The notes beneath the pieces are model-generated. The model had not been told where the DNA came from, did not search any database, and saw nothing but the letters and a program-made list of their open reading frames with translations. From positions 30,876,001-30,940,000 of the forward strand of contig OZ024742.1 of NCBI GenBank assembly GCA_964016885.1: 64,000 bases of DNA, written 5' to 3'. Positions within the stretch are counted from its first letter, which is position 1; every line of letters starts with the position of its first letter. This DNA is from Eledone cirrhosa (lineage: Eukaryota). The position numbers were made by a program, and so were the translations under genes. Positions 1 to 12,910 of this stretch are shown piece after piece.

Positions 1-16
1 ATATATATATATATAC

Positions 17-322
17 ATCATCATCATTATCGTTTAACATCTATCTTCCATGCTAGCATGGGTTTAGATGGGAATTGTCCCACTTGAGGCAAGATTGGTC
101 AATTGACCATGTCTTGCTTGTATAGGACTGTCTGGCAGGTTTTCTATGGCTGGATGCCCTTCCTAACACCAACCACGTTTACAGTGTGGACTGGGAGGTT
201 TTTACCGTGTTACCTACCCGGCCACATTACAACATGGACTGTGTTTTTTTGTTGTGACACCTACACGACCTCATTTATTTTGGACTGGATGTTGTATGTT
301 AGCCATCTGTGTCTGAAATAAA
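17..322 (-). mobile_element. RTE 3'UTR fragment joined to 29 bp from the RTE 5' region
   Basis: 17-293 is near-identical to about 13178-13452. 294-322 matches 16623-16651 with one mismatch. An (ATC)n tail abuts (TA)n. Confidence 0.8.
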
Positions 323-456
323 ATACACAAACTCAAAATTCTACATTAATTAAAATAGAAGGTATTTCATAAGAAATATGGTTGTGAAAGGGTTAAAAAA
401 ATAAAACTTGATAATGTAATCCTAGATTGTAAAAATATAAAAAATGTTTTTAATCA

Positions 457-610
457 CTGGTTTGCTGGAGTATCAAGGCTATAAGGCTGAGCTGAGCTTT
501 GGTTTGCTGGAGTATCAAGGTTGTGAAGCTGAGCTGAGATTTGGTTTTGCTAGAGTATCAAAGTTGAGCTGGGCTTTGGTTTGTTGGAGTATCAAGGCTG
601 AGCTGAGTTT
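457..610. repeat. Minisatellite, ~33-42-bp units (ggtttgctggagtatcaagg...gctgagctgag)
   Basis: Four visible degenerate tandem copies. Confidence 0.8.
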
Positions 611-1065
611 TGTACCAAGAAATTACTCAATAAAAATAAGAATATTTCCCCAGAAAAATCAAAACTTTGTTAATATTTCTTGTGAAAGACTGCTTATAAG
701 TTTGAAAACAGCTAAGAATTTGGAGGGATTTAGCTAAATGTTCTTATCCTTAACATAACTTAACAAAGGTTCTTAAAATTATGATGGAAGGTTTTTAGAT
801 AAATATCTTCTTGAGTCATTCCTCTTTCAAATGTGAAGCATTCATTTTGCTTTTTCTAATGGCTAGAATATATACGGCTCACCACACCTGCATATAGATA
901 AATATAAACACTTGAAAATAAAATTCTGTATCATAGAACCAAGGGTAGTTTGGTATGAAGGGGGTTAAGTATTAATTGTGTATCATCTTATTCTTGCTAT
1001 AACTTTTATTGCAATAACCACCTAATAATGTGATATACATGGCCAGAAATACTTGTACTTTATCT

Positions 1066-1505
1066 TCTGTTGCCCCTACTAGGGTCTGTGTTGATGCAAC
1101 AGCCCCTACCAGAATCTGTGTTGATGTGGCCGCTACCAGGGTCTGTGTCGATGTTGTGGCCCCTACTAGAGTCTGAGTTGATGTAACAGCCCCCACCAGG
1201 ATCTGTGTTGATGTAACAACCCCTACCAGGATCTGTGTTGATGTAACAGCCCCTACCAAGGTCTGAGTTGATGTAGTGGCTCCTACCAGGGTCTGTGTTG
1301 ATGTAGTGGCCCCTACCAGGGTCTGTGTTGATGTGGCCCCTACCAGGATCAGCGTTGATGTAACAGCCCCAACCAGGATCAGCGTTGATGTAACAGCCCC
1401 AACCAGGATGTCAACAGCCCCTACTAGGATTTGTGTTGATGTAACAGCCCCTACTAGGATTTGTGTTGATGTAACAGCTCCTACCAGGGTCTGTGTTGAT
1501 GTGGT
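1066..1505. repeat. 30-bp minisatellite (gccctaccagg.tctgtgttgatgtaaca)
   Basis: About 15 tandem units, which explain the periodic ORFs on both strands. Confidence 0.9.
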
Positions 1506-1724
1506 TGTTGACCAACAAGATATAATAGCTAACTAAATACCTTAGTCTTGGAAAAGAATAAGAGACACTGGAAAATATTTGACATATAAAATGACAGGAT
1601 TGTCATGGATGGAAGGCCTTTGTTTAGGGTTGGCTTCAAGCTAAACAACAGGCTGCTATTAACATAGGCACTAGGTCACAAATATTAAGCCTGGGTGTGC
1701 GGACACTCCATTACATGGAACTCT

Positions 1725-2103
1725 CTGGGGTAGTACTTCATTTTATTATCCCCATCCCCCAGGTAGCATTTGACTATCAACACCCTTGGGGGTAATACTT
1801 CATTTTATTAATCCCTTGGAGCAATACTTAACTTTATTAACCCCCTGGGGTGGTACTTGAATTTATCAACACCCCTGGGGTAGTACATGACGTTATCAAT
1901 CCCCAGGGGTAGTATTTGATTATCAACACCCCTGGGGTAATGCTTGACTTTATCAATCCCCTGGGGCAGTACTTTATTTCATTGACTCTGGAAGGATGAT
2001 AAAACACATTTGACCTGGGCTGTATTTTAACTCAGAATATGAAGGAGCACAACTAAATATCACAAAGGATGTTACCTGTCGCTCTACCAATTCAGCAACC
2101 TTG
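1725..2103 (-). repeat. ~30-bp tandem repeat continuing into a degenerate tRNA-derived SINE
   Basis: Repeated ccctggggtagtacttgactttatcaa units resemble the SINE body and run into SINE core and head sequence. Confidence 0.65.
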
Positions 2104-2973
2104 CACCCCCCACTTTCTCTATAATACTTCCTTTTATTTTTCTGACAGCTTTTCAATTCTTTTATGAGTTAAATAACATTGTAAGAAAATTCTTGACACA
2201 TTTTATGACATGGCGCACAAACTTTTGGCATTTCAACATACAACTGTTTAATATGACAGACTGACATAATAAAATTTATTTTACAAAAGAATGTATTACA
2301 GGGTAATAACAAATATCTGTTAAAGATTTTAGTCCTGACCTCAGACAATTGACCTCCATTATATAATGACTGACAAGAAAATCTAACTTGGGAGAGGAGA
2401 AGGAATGTTCTGTTTATTCCACACACTTGTTTTTCTCCACAGGTTAAAAACTCAAAATTGCTTCAGAGTTGAATTTACCACATATACATGTGTATATAAA
2501 TCACCCCCCATTCCTTGTTTCAGAGTAAAATTATTGTATATAATCAAAAGCACCCCGCTTGTTTCTTTAGAGTTTAATCATTGTATATACATGTGTATAT
2601 AAATCACAAGACCCACCCCCCTCCTTGCTTTAGAGTGAAATTATTGTATATATATATATAAATCACAAGCCTTCCTCTTTGCTTTAGAATAAAATTACCA
2701 CCTATACTTGTATAGAAATCACAGGCCCCCACCTCTTCTGTTTATAATATTTTTACTTCAGTTTTTGACCTGTATATCAGTTGCATGCTGCTTTTTGTAA
2801 ATACTTTTGCAACTTGCAGTTGCACATAAAGAAGAACAAATAATGTGAAGGTGATTGCAATCGTTGCTTATACTGTCTAGCCTTGGACCTAAAGACACCA
2901 TTTTGTTTCAATGATGTCCAGAACATATTAACTGTTGCTTTTATATTTCTACTCTTCATTGACTCACAATATA

Positions 2974-3052
2974 CAGGGTGTCCCCCAAAAAATATATACA
3001 CACTTCAACAGCATTCTAATAAAAGCAAGTGTACATTTTTTTGGACACCCTG
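2974..3052. mobile_element. Tiny Tc1/mariner-type MITE; second copy at about 4999-5076
   Basis: TIRs CAGGGTGTCC...GGACACCCTG flanked by TA on both sides. Confidence 0.8.
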
Positions 3053-3975
3053 TATTTAACAGTGGACATTAGGATGACAGCAGGTCAACAGAGAACTGTG
3101 CATATGTTTCTCCTATGTGAAAAGCATGTATATATAAATAAATGAGACTATATTGTCACAGGTGTGTTTGTTTTATAGCAAAATTGAATTCTGTTCAAGC
3201 CAGTGATTCCCAACATGGGGCACATATTCCACAGAGGGAGAAATTGGAAAATGATGTTAATGAGAACAAACTTCAGGTTTTACCTTATTACTTTTACACC
3301 AAGGTAACTTTAGTACAAATTAGTACAAACTCGTTTCACTCCCTCCACACATTATTGTACATCTGGCACCACCTATATACTAATTTATTTACACTTTGTA
3401 GTTGATCATCACTGTTTTTATATTAAGGATGGGAGCATAACAATTTTTGAGATGTGATGAGGCATGGTGCACAAAATGTTGTGTAAAATGGTGCACAAAA
3501 TGTCGTGTAAAAAGCAGTCTTTTTACACGAGGTGTCATCAACATATGACATTTTTTTACAATTAATAAAGAATAGCAACATGACTTGTCTGCCTTATATT
3601 CTCAACCATTTGCCAATGTTTGCATGTTAAGATGTGTTGCAAATTTCAAGCCCAGAGTGAGGTCCAGAAAATAAATCAGATGTAGTTTTTAGAGGCCATA
3701 TTTTATAGTAAAAAACTGTGAATGATCTATGAATATAAATCAAAATATATAGTAATAAGAAACTCTCAGGAGAGCTGGACAGCAGAAGGTCTTCAGAGAA
3801 GAAACATCCTCTCAAGCAAGTGTCTCGGCCCTTAAAAACAGATTTATATATGCTAGCATGGAAAATGGACGTTAAACGATGATGAGGATGATGATATATA
3901 TATATATATACATATATAAAATGGCGGTACCTCAGCATCGCTTCAGCCAGATGGCTGGAAGAGGGACAAAAAAGA

Positions 3976-4046
<71 letters not shown>

Positions 4047-4567
4047 TATGCTCACATACATATAAATGTATGAACATGAAATAAGTGAAGTCAAATAGCT
4101 GTAGTGAGAAATCATTATATATTAATGTTAATCATAAAGAAAAGTCAATTTATACATATTGATCTTATTTATACATATTGATCCTTTGATGTTGAGAGAA
4201 GTTAAAAAAAATATAGAGAAAAGCTCCTTCCTGGATTTGTTTTGTGTAGACTTCAGATGATTTATGGATAAAGTATTGAACTATCAGCTCATGGATGGTG
4301 ATGAGTTCAAATCTATTGATTTGTAAATGATTTGTTTCATTTATTGGAACAAGGCACATAATTTTATATTGCTTCATTTTTACCTGATCCTGGCTGTGGT
4401 GAGGGATTCGGTAGCAGATTATCAGGGAATCTCATTTACTGGTATTGTATACAGAGTAGGGAGAGGAAGGGATTAGACTGAACCCAGTCAAGAACAGAAC
4501 CATTAAAACAGCCTAAAATGATACCACTAAAACAATTAAAATGGTACTGTTAGAATACAATTAAAAT

Positions 4568-5645
4568 AATTGTTTCTACTTTTGGCACAAGGCCAACAAT
4601 TATCTCAGTGCATTACTGGTACTTTATTTTATTAATTCCATAAGGATGAAAGGCAAAGTAAACCTCGGTGGGATTTGAACTCAGATCATAAAGGGCCATA
4701 ACTCAATGCTGCAAAGCATGGTGCCCAACCCTCTACCGATACTGCCAATTCAGTTAATATGGTACCATTATAATAATTAAAATGGTACTGTTAAAACAAT
4801 ACCATTAAAATAATACCAGAAAAGGCCCTCAGAGCCCAGAGGTCCTTAATATTTGGTTACACTTTGTTTTACAATTTGAATTAAATATATTCTCATTGGA
4901 ATGTTTGATGGTTCAATAACAATGACTATATATACACACACACATTATATATATATATATATATAAGTCTGTGCATGTGTGTTATGTATGTATATATATA
5001 CGGTGTCCCCCAAAAATATATACACCCTTTGATTATCTGTACAGGCAAAAGTGTATACATTTTTTGGGACACCCTGTATATATATGTAAGTATATTTCTC
5101 CCAAGTAGATGTAGTATTAGATAATTTGAAAATGTTTTTTGTTTCCAACAGATTCACTGTACCACATCAGCCACGTTGAGATGAAGAATAACAAAGGTAA
5201 TATAGATTCTGAGACTTCATAACATATAACAATAATAATAATTGTTTCTATTATAGGCACAAGGCCAGAAATTTGAAGGGGAGGGGAAAACCGATTAAAT
5301 CAACCCCAGTGTATTACTGGTACTTTATTTTATCGACCCCCGTAAGGATAAAAGGCAAAGTTAACCTCCACGGGATTTCAACTCAGACCGTAAAGGGTAG
5401 TAACTCTATGCTGCAAAGCATGGTGTTCGACCTTCTACCGATACTGCCAACCCAATAATAATAATGATAATAGTAATAATAATAGTGGTTTATGATTTAG
5501 GCACAAGGCCAGCAATTTGGGGGGAGGGGAAAGTCGATTAAATCGACCCCAGTATGTAACTGGTACTTTATTTATCGACCCTATAACAATATGCTGCAAA
5601 GCATATTGCCTGACGCTCCACCGATTGCTGCCAATCCACCGCCCT
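4568..5645 (-). mobile_element. Three tRNA-derived SINE copies with a MetaSINE-like core (about 4568-4750, 5240-5452, 5485-5645)
   Basis: Reverse complement of the head tggcagtatcggtagag...gagttcaaatcc (A/B boxes) and core aactttgcctttcatcctt...gtcgataaaataaagtaccag. Confidence 0.8.
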
Positions 5646-5694
5646 ACGGCTATAAATATAATGGTTTCTGATTTAGGTCAATATGATAATAATA

Positions 5695-5727
<33 letters not shown>

Positions 5728-6289
5728 TTAATAATAACAATTGCTTAAATAAATATGAAAGCTAAGAAAATATAATGTTTTTGATTTTGTCTCATAAAAA
5801 AATTACTGAAACAAAAAAAAACAAATAAAATATAAAATAAAATAAAAGAAAATAGATGAAAATATTCTAGAAAGTATTGTTTGTGATAAACCAGTTGTTG
5901 TTGTTATTGTGGTTTAGTCCATCTCATCAACACCATTGAGCAATGATGATGATGATGATGATGATGATAGAACCCTCTGTCAGTCTCTGTGATGAGTATT
6001 TCAGTTGTTTTATCAATGGAATGGACCCCTCTTGAAATTAATATGTATGTGGTTGAGTATTCCACAGACATGTGTACCCTTAATGTAATTCTCAGGGAGA
6101 TTCAGCATGAAAGAGTGTGTGACAAGGCTGACCCTTTGAATTACAGGTACAGTCCATCTTGTCACTTCTCTTCAGCCATAACCCTCTAGATATCGTCTCT
6201 GCTGCTTCCACATTCCTGATGGCTCTCCTGCTAAATTGTGTAACTAGATTATCTAATGTGTCCTTCCACTTTTTTAAAGATCATAGTGT

Positions 6290-6680
6290 GTGATTTCAGG
6301 GAGATTTGGTTACTATTTCTAGCAGGCCTAGTTGGGGTGTGTTATGGTAGTGTGAAGTGAATACAGGATGTAGTTTGAGAGAGATCTGGTCACTATTTCT
6401 AGCAGGCCTAGTTGGGGTGTGTTATGGTAATGTGGAGTGATGATAAGGTATGGTTTGAGGGAGGTTTGGTTACTATTTCTAGCAGGCTTAGTTGGAGTGT
6501 GTTATGGTACAGTGAAGTGATGATAAGGTATGGTTTGAGGGAGATCTGGTTACTATTTCTAGCAGGCCTAGTTGGAGTATGTTATGGTCGTATGAAGTGA
6601 TGATAAGGTGTGATTTGAGGGAAATCTGGTTACTATTTCTAGCAGGCCTAGTTGGAGTATGTTATGGTCGTGTGAAGTGT
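6290..6680. repeat. ~80-bp tandem repeat derived from a dispersed element (ctgctagaaatagcagccaaatctccctcaaatcacac family)
   Basis: Five units. Related single copies lie near 6795, 21800, 21920, 32080, 32320, 32600 and 32800. Confidence 0.75.
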
Positions 6681-6887
6681 GATGAAATATCTAATATTGT
6701 GTCAGGCAGAGGACCTTCATCATTCTAAGAAATGTTAATCTAATTCTAGAGCTGCCACTAACATAAGACAACATGGTAGCCACAACATGGTCGCTTGACC
6801 TGCTAGAAACAACAGCCACACAACCTCGATTCATAATCTACCATCTTAAAAATGAGAAGGATACATTAGATAATATAGTTTTAGATA

Positions 6888-7081
6888 TGAGGGTTGGCTG
6901 AAAAGTTTATAGACTGACAATGAAGGATTGATGCTAGAGCTGTGAAATCTTGCATTAATTTCAACTCTTTTTATTAATAACTACATTGTTTCTTTCCAGG
7001 GACTATGTTGAAAAATAAACCGCATTTGGTCATTTCATGAGAGTATCTTGGTCAAATTATGAACTTTACAGCTGATCCTTG
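6888..7081. mobile_element. Mariner-type MITE; second copy at 25167-25440 has an internal duplication
   Basis: TIRs gagggt(c/t)ggctgaaaagtt(c/t)atag with TA flanks, and shared internal sequence. Confidence 0.75.
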
Positions 7082-7371
7082 TATAGAAAAATGACAGTCA
7101 TGGGTGGATTGCCTTTGATAATATGTGCTTGATTTGATCTGACCTTGGGTTAAACAACAACCACAACATCAACAACCACCATAACAACTACAACAACCAC
7201 AATAACAACAACCACAACAACATCAACAACAACAACATTAACCACCATACTCCTCATTCATATATTTTTGTTATTTGTTATTTTACTTTAACAACCATTT
7301 TTGATTATTTTTCATGTTTTAATGGATTTCATTCCGGATATTTAGCTGCCACAGAGGAACGGAAATGATCT

Positions 7372-7622
7372 TAGTAGTAATAGTAGTAATAGTAGTAGTA
7401 GTAGTAGTAGTGGTAGTGGTGGTGGTGGTGGTAGTAGAGGTGGTGGTGATAGTAGTAATAATAGTAGTAGTAGTGGTAGTAATAGTAGTGGTTGTAGTAG
7501 TAATAGTGATGGTAGTAGTAGTAGTAATGATAATAATAGCAGTGGTAGTGGTTGTAGTAGTAGCAGTGGTGGTGATAGGGGTATTATTATAATCATTATT
7601 ATTATAACTAGAAGTAGTAGTC
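7372..7622. repeat. (GTA/GTG)n trinucleotide microsatellite
   Basis: Seen directly. Confidence 0.95.
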
Positions 7623-7968
7623 AGATAGTTCAACTTTGTAAGATAGGGAAGGAGTTGGATGATTCAATCTCAGCAAATTACTGGTATTTGATGGTTTTGG
7701 GGTTTTTTTTTTTCTTTTTACACTCAAATGGAATTTGTATGAAAGGTGAAATAAACTGCGGCAAGATCAGAGCTCACAACACTTAGGGAATAATTCTAAA
7801 TACTGTATCATATTTATCCCAACTCTTTTACTCTTCCTGCCAACTCATCTCTGAAACTCCTTCTTAATCTTCAGCACGCTCTAGGCACATTATCTCGCCA
7901 ATAGAATAATCTCCCTTTAATACACAATGTAGTGTCAAGGGAAGTAATTTAGAAAGATTTCTAGCGTG

Positions 7969-9903
7969 TTAAAGGAGCTGAAATATTGCAACAAAGTTTT
8001 TTTCAGTTGGATAATTGTAAAACCAAGTTTGACCCTCAATTTCTACTTCAGATTGAAGATCTTTCCACCTCCCTGCTGGAATGTAAATATTGCGTTTTTT
8101 GTTGTTATCACATAAGTTGGGAGCAACCATCAACTTACTGCCAATGAGAAATTGATCGGAGATGTTGAGGGTTTTTTTATCACTAGGGTTGACCCACCAA
8201 AGAGGTCGGATAATTGGAAGGCCTGATTTGATGTCTGAAGAGAGACCTTTGATAGTTTTGTAGACTAAATTTTGGTGGAGGGCAAGTAGGTTTTGTAAAT
8301 GCAATGAAGTTTTGTTATCATATAGATACTTGTTGTATGATAAACGGACAACTGGCATAAAAGAAGCCAGGCTAATATATCTCATATACAGTTCTTGAGT
8401 AATATTGGGAAATTTTACAGGGGAGAGTGTTATATACGGATACCCTAACATACTAACAGTTAATGCTTGATCAACAACATTATTGATACAAACATATTTA
8501 CCTCTTGATACAAACATAGATTTAATATTGATCACTAATAGTTTATGCTTGTTTAATTTAGAATCATAATAAAATACTTCTGAACTGTTTCTATAGAATG
8601 ATGCCATTTTGTCAACATAATCCTTTATGGTGTAACTTGTGTTATAAAAACGAATACTCTTTGGAATATAGCTATGTCCAATTGCTAAATTTCGGAATCC
8701 TCCAAATTCTGGTTTTGTAGAAAGATGCAGCAGTTTGTCCAAATACCATCTTGAAGCATTTGGGTTGGAAACATCAACAATAGCCATTTGTTTATTTTGC
8801 CATTTGACAAGTTTTGTGACATCGTTCAGATGATCCCTGATGAAGTACCCCTGTGTCATTCCGACATTGAATTCTGTGGAGGTGAAATGAAAATAAGGAC
8901 TTATTGGGTATATAACGCCAATCTTATAATGATCCACTTGATGAAGAAATTCAGAGACATTTGGGAACTGTTTGGCATCAAAAGTGAAATCTCCTTGGCT
9001 TTGCTGCCAGTTGTTATTTAATTCAATATAAGTATCATTGTAAGTGTGGCTAAATTTATTTTTAATGAAATTAAGTATGGCACTTTGTGTAGAAATATTT
9101 CTAGAATTCTCTTCAAAAGACCAAATTATTGTCTTAAGAAGGTTAACATCATTTGACAATTCGTTTTGGTTCACAGGTAGAAATATCTTTTTGATGTTGA
9201 TGTAAGTATCTCTGATATTATTACCTTGACAGACATAATAATGTAGTTGTTGATGAGGGTAGGGTTGTCGTAGGTCTGGTAAAAGACAAAATAATCCATC
9301 ACCAGAAGAATTCCATCTAATTCCAAAAGGATGTGATTCATTCACAAAAATTCCAACTCCATCAGAACTAATCCAAAGTGGTTCTAACACAGAACCAAAC
9401 GTATTTGATGATTCTGTTGAAAATGGAATATGACCAGTGGAAAAATTCTTCAGTGGCCATGATTGGTTTGAACCAATGTTCATTCCATACCAATTTGAAG
9501 AATCTATTTGATAACAATCAAGGAATTGTTCTGCAGGGGAAATTTCCCAATTTATAGAATAGCAATATAGATTTCCTTTTTCTACGTGAATTATTTGTAG
9601 CTTGGAAGTGAGCTGACTTTGGTAACATAACTCTTGGATACTTTGTTCTTTGATCTTTGGTTGACAAAAGTGGAAACTGGACGTCAAATTAAAACCTAAC
9701 CAACCAGTTAGAGTTATTTCGTTGAATTGGTTCAGCAGTTGTACTTTCCGTTCTGCTTCAGAGAAATGAATAAGACGGCCGACCAATATAGCATTGGTTT
9801 GTTTCGCATGAAGAACTCGTACAGAAATGAAACCAGCCAGAATGAGGATGAAGAGTGTGATCACACTGTATTTTAACAGTTTTGAATTTTCTTTATTTGT
9901 TGT
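7969..9903 (-). CDS. Terminal coding exon of a MYORG-like GH31 type II membrane protein (TM anchor plus luminal GH31 fold), probably catalytically inactive
   Basis: The 631-aa ORF extends in frame to the acceptor ttctcccttAG|ACA at 9903 (phase 0). It has a hydrophobic anchor VITLFILILAGFISV and MYORG/GH31 motifs WYG, FGSVLEPLWISSDGVGIFV, GDFTFDAKQFPN, VDVSNPNASRWY, GLPIIRPLWW, DQFLIGSKLMVAP and IYIPAGRW. Confidence 0.92.
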   Translation of the reverse strand, partial: TTNKENSKLLKYSVITLFILILAGFISVRVLHAKQTNAILVGRLIHFSEAERKVQLLNQFNEITLTGWLGFNLTSSFHFCQPKIKEQSIQELCYQSQLTSKLQIIHVEKGNLYCYSINWEISPAEQFLDCYQIDSSNWYGMNIGSNQSWPLKNFSTGHIPFSTESSNTFGSVLEPLWISSDGVGIFVNESHPFGIRWNSSGDGLFCLLPDLRQPYPHQQLHYYVCQGNNIRDTYINIKKIFLPVNQNELSNDVNLLKTIIWSFEENSRNISTQSAILNFIKNKFSHTYNDTYIELNNNWQQSQGDFTFDAKQFPNVSEFLHQVDHYKIGVIYPISPYFHFTSTEFNVGMTQGYFIRDHLNDVTKLVKWQNKQMAIVDVSNPNASRWYLDKLLHLSTKPEFGGFRNLAIGHSYIPKSIRFYNTSYTIKDYVDKMASFYRNSSEVFYYDSKLNKHKLLVINIKSMFVSRGKYVCINNVVDQALTVSMLGYPYITLSPVKFPNITQELYMRYISLASFMPVVRLSYNKYLYDNKTSLHLQNLLALHQNLVYKTIKGLSSDIKSGLPIIRPLWWVNPSDKKTLNISDQFLIGSKLMVAPNLCDNNKKRNIYIPAGRWKDLQSEVEIEGQTWFYNYPTEKNFVAIFQLL

Positions 9904-11029
9904 CTAAGGGAGAAATGAAAATGTAAAAATATATAATTAATCGTGGTAGTTAATTAGAACACCTGAATCTGAGTAGCAATTAACACAAAATAATAAAAAT
10001 AATAACAAAATTAAAGATATAAGACATTTGCATAAATCATTCATTCTAGGGTCTCACCCTTGGCAGAATAAAGACAATATCTGCGTATGATGAACCTGTT
10101 GGCATGGCTGAGTTCTTCTCTGGAAATCAGATGTAGGCAGGTGAGTTGGGAAACCAAACATCACCCTGAATGATGTTCTTAAAGATGACACTGGGTTGGA
10201 GGCAAGGGAACTTTGTCATGGCAATGTTGGACAGGGTGAGCTGGAGATAAGGGAACTTCCTCATGGCATCAGTAATGGATGTGTAGGAGAGGAAAAGAAG
10301 GAGAAGAAGAAGAAAGAAAGTAAGAAGGAGGAGGATGGATTATTTCAACAAAGAATTAATGGCTAAATTTGAATGAAATAAGTTAGAACAAACATTTCTA
10401 ATCTAGGCACAAGGCTTACAATCCATGGGGAGGGGTGGTGGAAGTCGAGTATATCAACTCCAGTATTTGACTGGTACTTTATTTTATTGACCTTGGAAGG
10501 ATGAAAGACGGGATTTGAACTCAAGATGTAAAGAGTCAGGAACAAACAGATGCCATAAAGTGACACTCTAACCAAGCAACAAAGTATAAGAATTGGTTAG
10601 GTTACAGAAAATGTTAGGCTTAAGTAAAAGTTGTGTTGGTTTCTGAAAGAAAGGTCAACAGGATGTTTAAAGGAAGATAAAATAATAAAGATTTTTGTGA
10701 GGGGGAGATTTTAAGACATCACACAATGACTGTCACTTAGCAGTTAGATAATCTCATTTAAAATATCAAAGACCTACTTTATTGCCATTAACATCACCAC
10801 CACTACCATCATCATCATCATCATTGTAATTCTTTCGTAGAAAAAAATGGCCTTAATATTCTTATTGCTGTATTGTAATTTGTCAACTAGAGTGCCTTTG
10901 GTTATAGGTTTCTAATAGACATAGCAATGGTTAACTGCATTTCTGATTATGAGAGCAACAAGGGAGGGTCTGTAACTTGATGCAAAACAAATATTCCAAG
11001 AAATACAATAATGTACTAGCTTCAGCTGT

Positions 11030-12250
11030 CGGTCCTCAGAAGGAGGGAGGTAGGTGTAAAAGCAAAACTTGCTATTCGTGCCAACACTTATCTATGGTCA
11101 TGAATCTTGGGTAATGACCGAAAGGATACAATCATGAATACAAGCAGCGGAAATGGGGTTCCTCCGAAGGGTCATTGGGGTAATGTTACTCAATAAGGTG
11201 CATAGTTCAGAGATCATGAAGTCACTCCAGATAAGAGCCTATACTCCTCTGAATTGAGAAATCACAGTTCTTGTGTTATGGACTTGTGATTAGAATGTCT
11301 AAAGAAATGTTGGACTGACTTTATGGGTAAAACCAGCTGGCAGCTTCTTATAGGACTTTCTGGAAGGTGCCTCTGAGGATTCTTCCGCCACAACCTTCTT
11401 GGGAGGAGGAGGGGAAGAAGAAGGATAAGAAGAAAAAGAAAAAAAGAAGGAGGAGGAAGAGGTGGTGGTGTTAAATTTTTCAGTTTTCTTGCTGTTGTTT
11501 ATATCCTTTGTCAACGTACATTGGTGAAAGACTTGCCAAGTACAACATTTCAAATTTCAGGGTTGCCACCATTAACGTTAGCATAATGAAATGTAAGTTT
11601 GTAGTAGAGGAGACAAGTAGATGTCTGCTGTAAACAAGAGCTAAGAAGGAGGTGAGTCTCAGTCAGATTCCTCATTGGCAAGGGTAAGGAACACAGGTAG
11701 AAAATTTTCAGGGTGGTTTACAGCACTAGGGTGGAAAGTATAGGTAAATATTGGTAGAGGAATTTGTAGGTAATGTAATTAATTGTTTCTACTTTTGGCA
11801 CAAGGCCAGCAATTATCCCAGTGTATTACTGGTACTTTATTTTATCGACCCCGTAAGGATGAAAGGCAAAGTTAACCTCGGCAGGATTTGAACTCAGAAT
11901 GGTAAGGGCCGTAACTCTATGCGTCAAAGCATGGCGTCCGACCCTCTACCGATACTGCCAAGTTAACCTTGGCGGGATTTAAACTCAGTCCGTAAAGGGA
12001 TGTAACTGTGCTGCAAAGCATGGTGTCTGACCCTCTACCGATACTGCCAATCCATTAATGTAATCAGAGTATGTAACAGAATAATTAAGTTTAAATTAGT
12101 CATAAACAACATAAAAGCAACAGTTATCTCTGTATATATATTATAATCATGACTGACAGATAAGTAGAGGACCACTTCTATGGAGGTCTTCTGGCAGATC
12201 ATCTTGATAACAAATGACTTTCACCTCATTATCACAAATGGTGACTTTAA
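11030..12250 (+). mobile_element. Old RTE fragments (RT C-terminus at 11030-11340; APE N-terminus at 11550-12250), interrupted by a SINE at 11780-12052
   Basis: Degenerate YGHESWVMTERI...IQAAEMGFLRR and FRVATINV...VDVCC motifs. Confidence 0.6.
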
Positions 12251-12446
12251 ACCGGTTGCATCTCGCCAGAATTCTCTCACGTACTTCTGTTCAAACTGAC
12301 TGTAACTGGTTGCTCATACTTATGTTAAGGTATTGTTGTCAAAATAAATAATATCAAAATCACATAGATTCGATATTATGTGAGGTAAAGCCCTTACTGT
12401 GAAAATATAATAGTAAATATAGAGTAATGTAAATACTTAAGGGTTA
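12245..12446 (-). mobile_element. piggyBac-type MITE family member
   Basis: Internal sequence is the reverse complement of 29338-29555 and ends gggTTAA. Confidence 0.6.
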
Positions 12447-12524
12447 ATAGATGTTGGGCAACACTTGGGTGTCTACACCAACACACACACATACATACAC
12501 ATATATGTATATATATATATGTAT

Positions 12525-12910
12525 GGAGGCACATGGCTTAGTGGTTAGAGCATTGGGCTTGCAATCGAAAGGTTGTGAGTTCAATTCTCAGACCGGGTGA
12601 TGTGTTGTATCCTTGAGCAAGACACTTTATTTCACATTTGCTCCAGTTTACTCAGCTGTAGAAATGAGATGATAGGACTGGGGTCCCTATCATTCCACTG
12701 CAAAGTGGTTGTGGAGGTGCCACGGAAAAAAAGCACCCAGCACTCACTGTAAAGTGGACGTGTAGGCACCACGGAAAAAGGCACCCAGAACTCACTGTAA
12801 ATGAGGTTGGTGTTAGGAAGGGCATCCAGCTGTAGAAATCAAGCCAGAGTCAGTTCCCGTCCCACCCTTGCAAGCAGGGAAAAAGCAGACGTAAAATGAT
12901 GATGATGATA
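12525..12910 (+). mobile_element. tRNA-derived CORE-type SINE with an RTE-derived 3' tail; second copy at about 36674-37015
   Basis: A box tggcttagtggttag, B box gagttcaattct, CORE-like ccttgagcaagacactt, a tail homologous to the RTE 3'UTR at about 17160-17310, and a (GAT)n end. Confidence 0.85.

Noticed and set aside
1066-1505. Regular 30-bp repeats as a CRISPR array or repeat protein
   Set aside because: The units are contiguous with no unique spacers, there are no cas genes, and the context is eukaryotic. The ORFs follow from the unit length being a multiple of 3.
7319-7633. Poly-Thr/Val/Leu ORFs, and the YIYI/HTHT ORFs elsewhere such as 20135-20485, 36939-37395, 51734-52006 and 63203-63656
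   Set aside because: These are translations of microsatellites.
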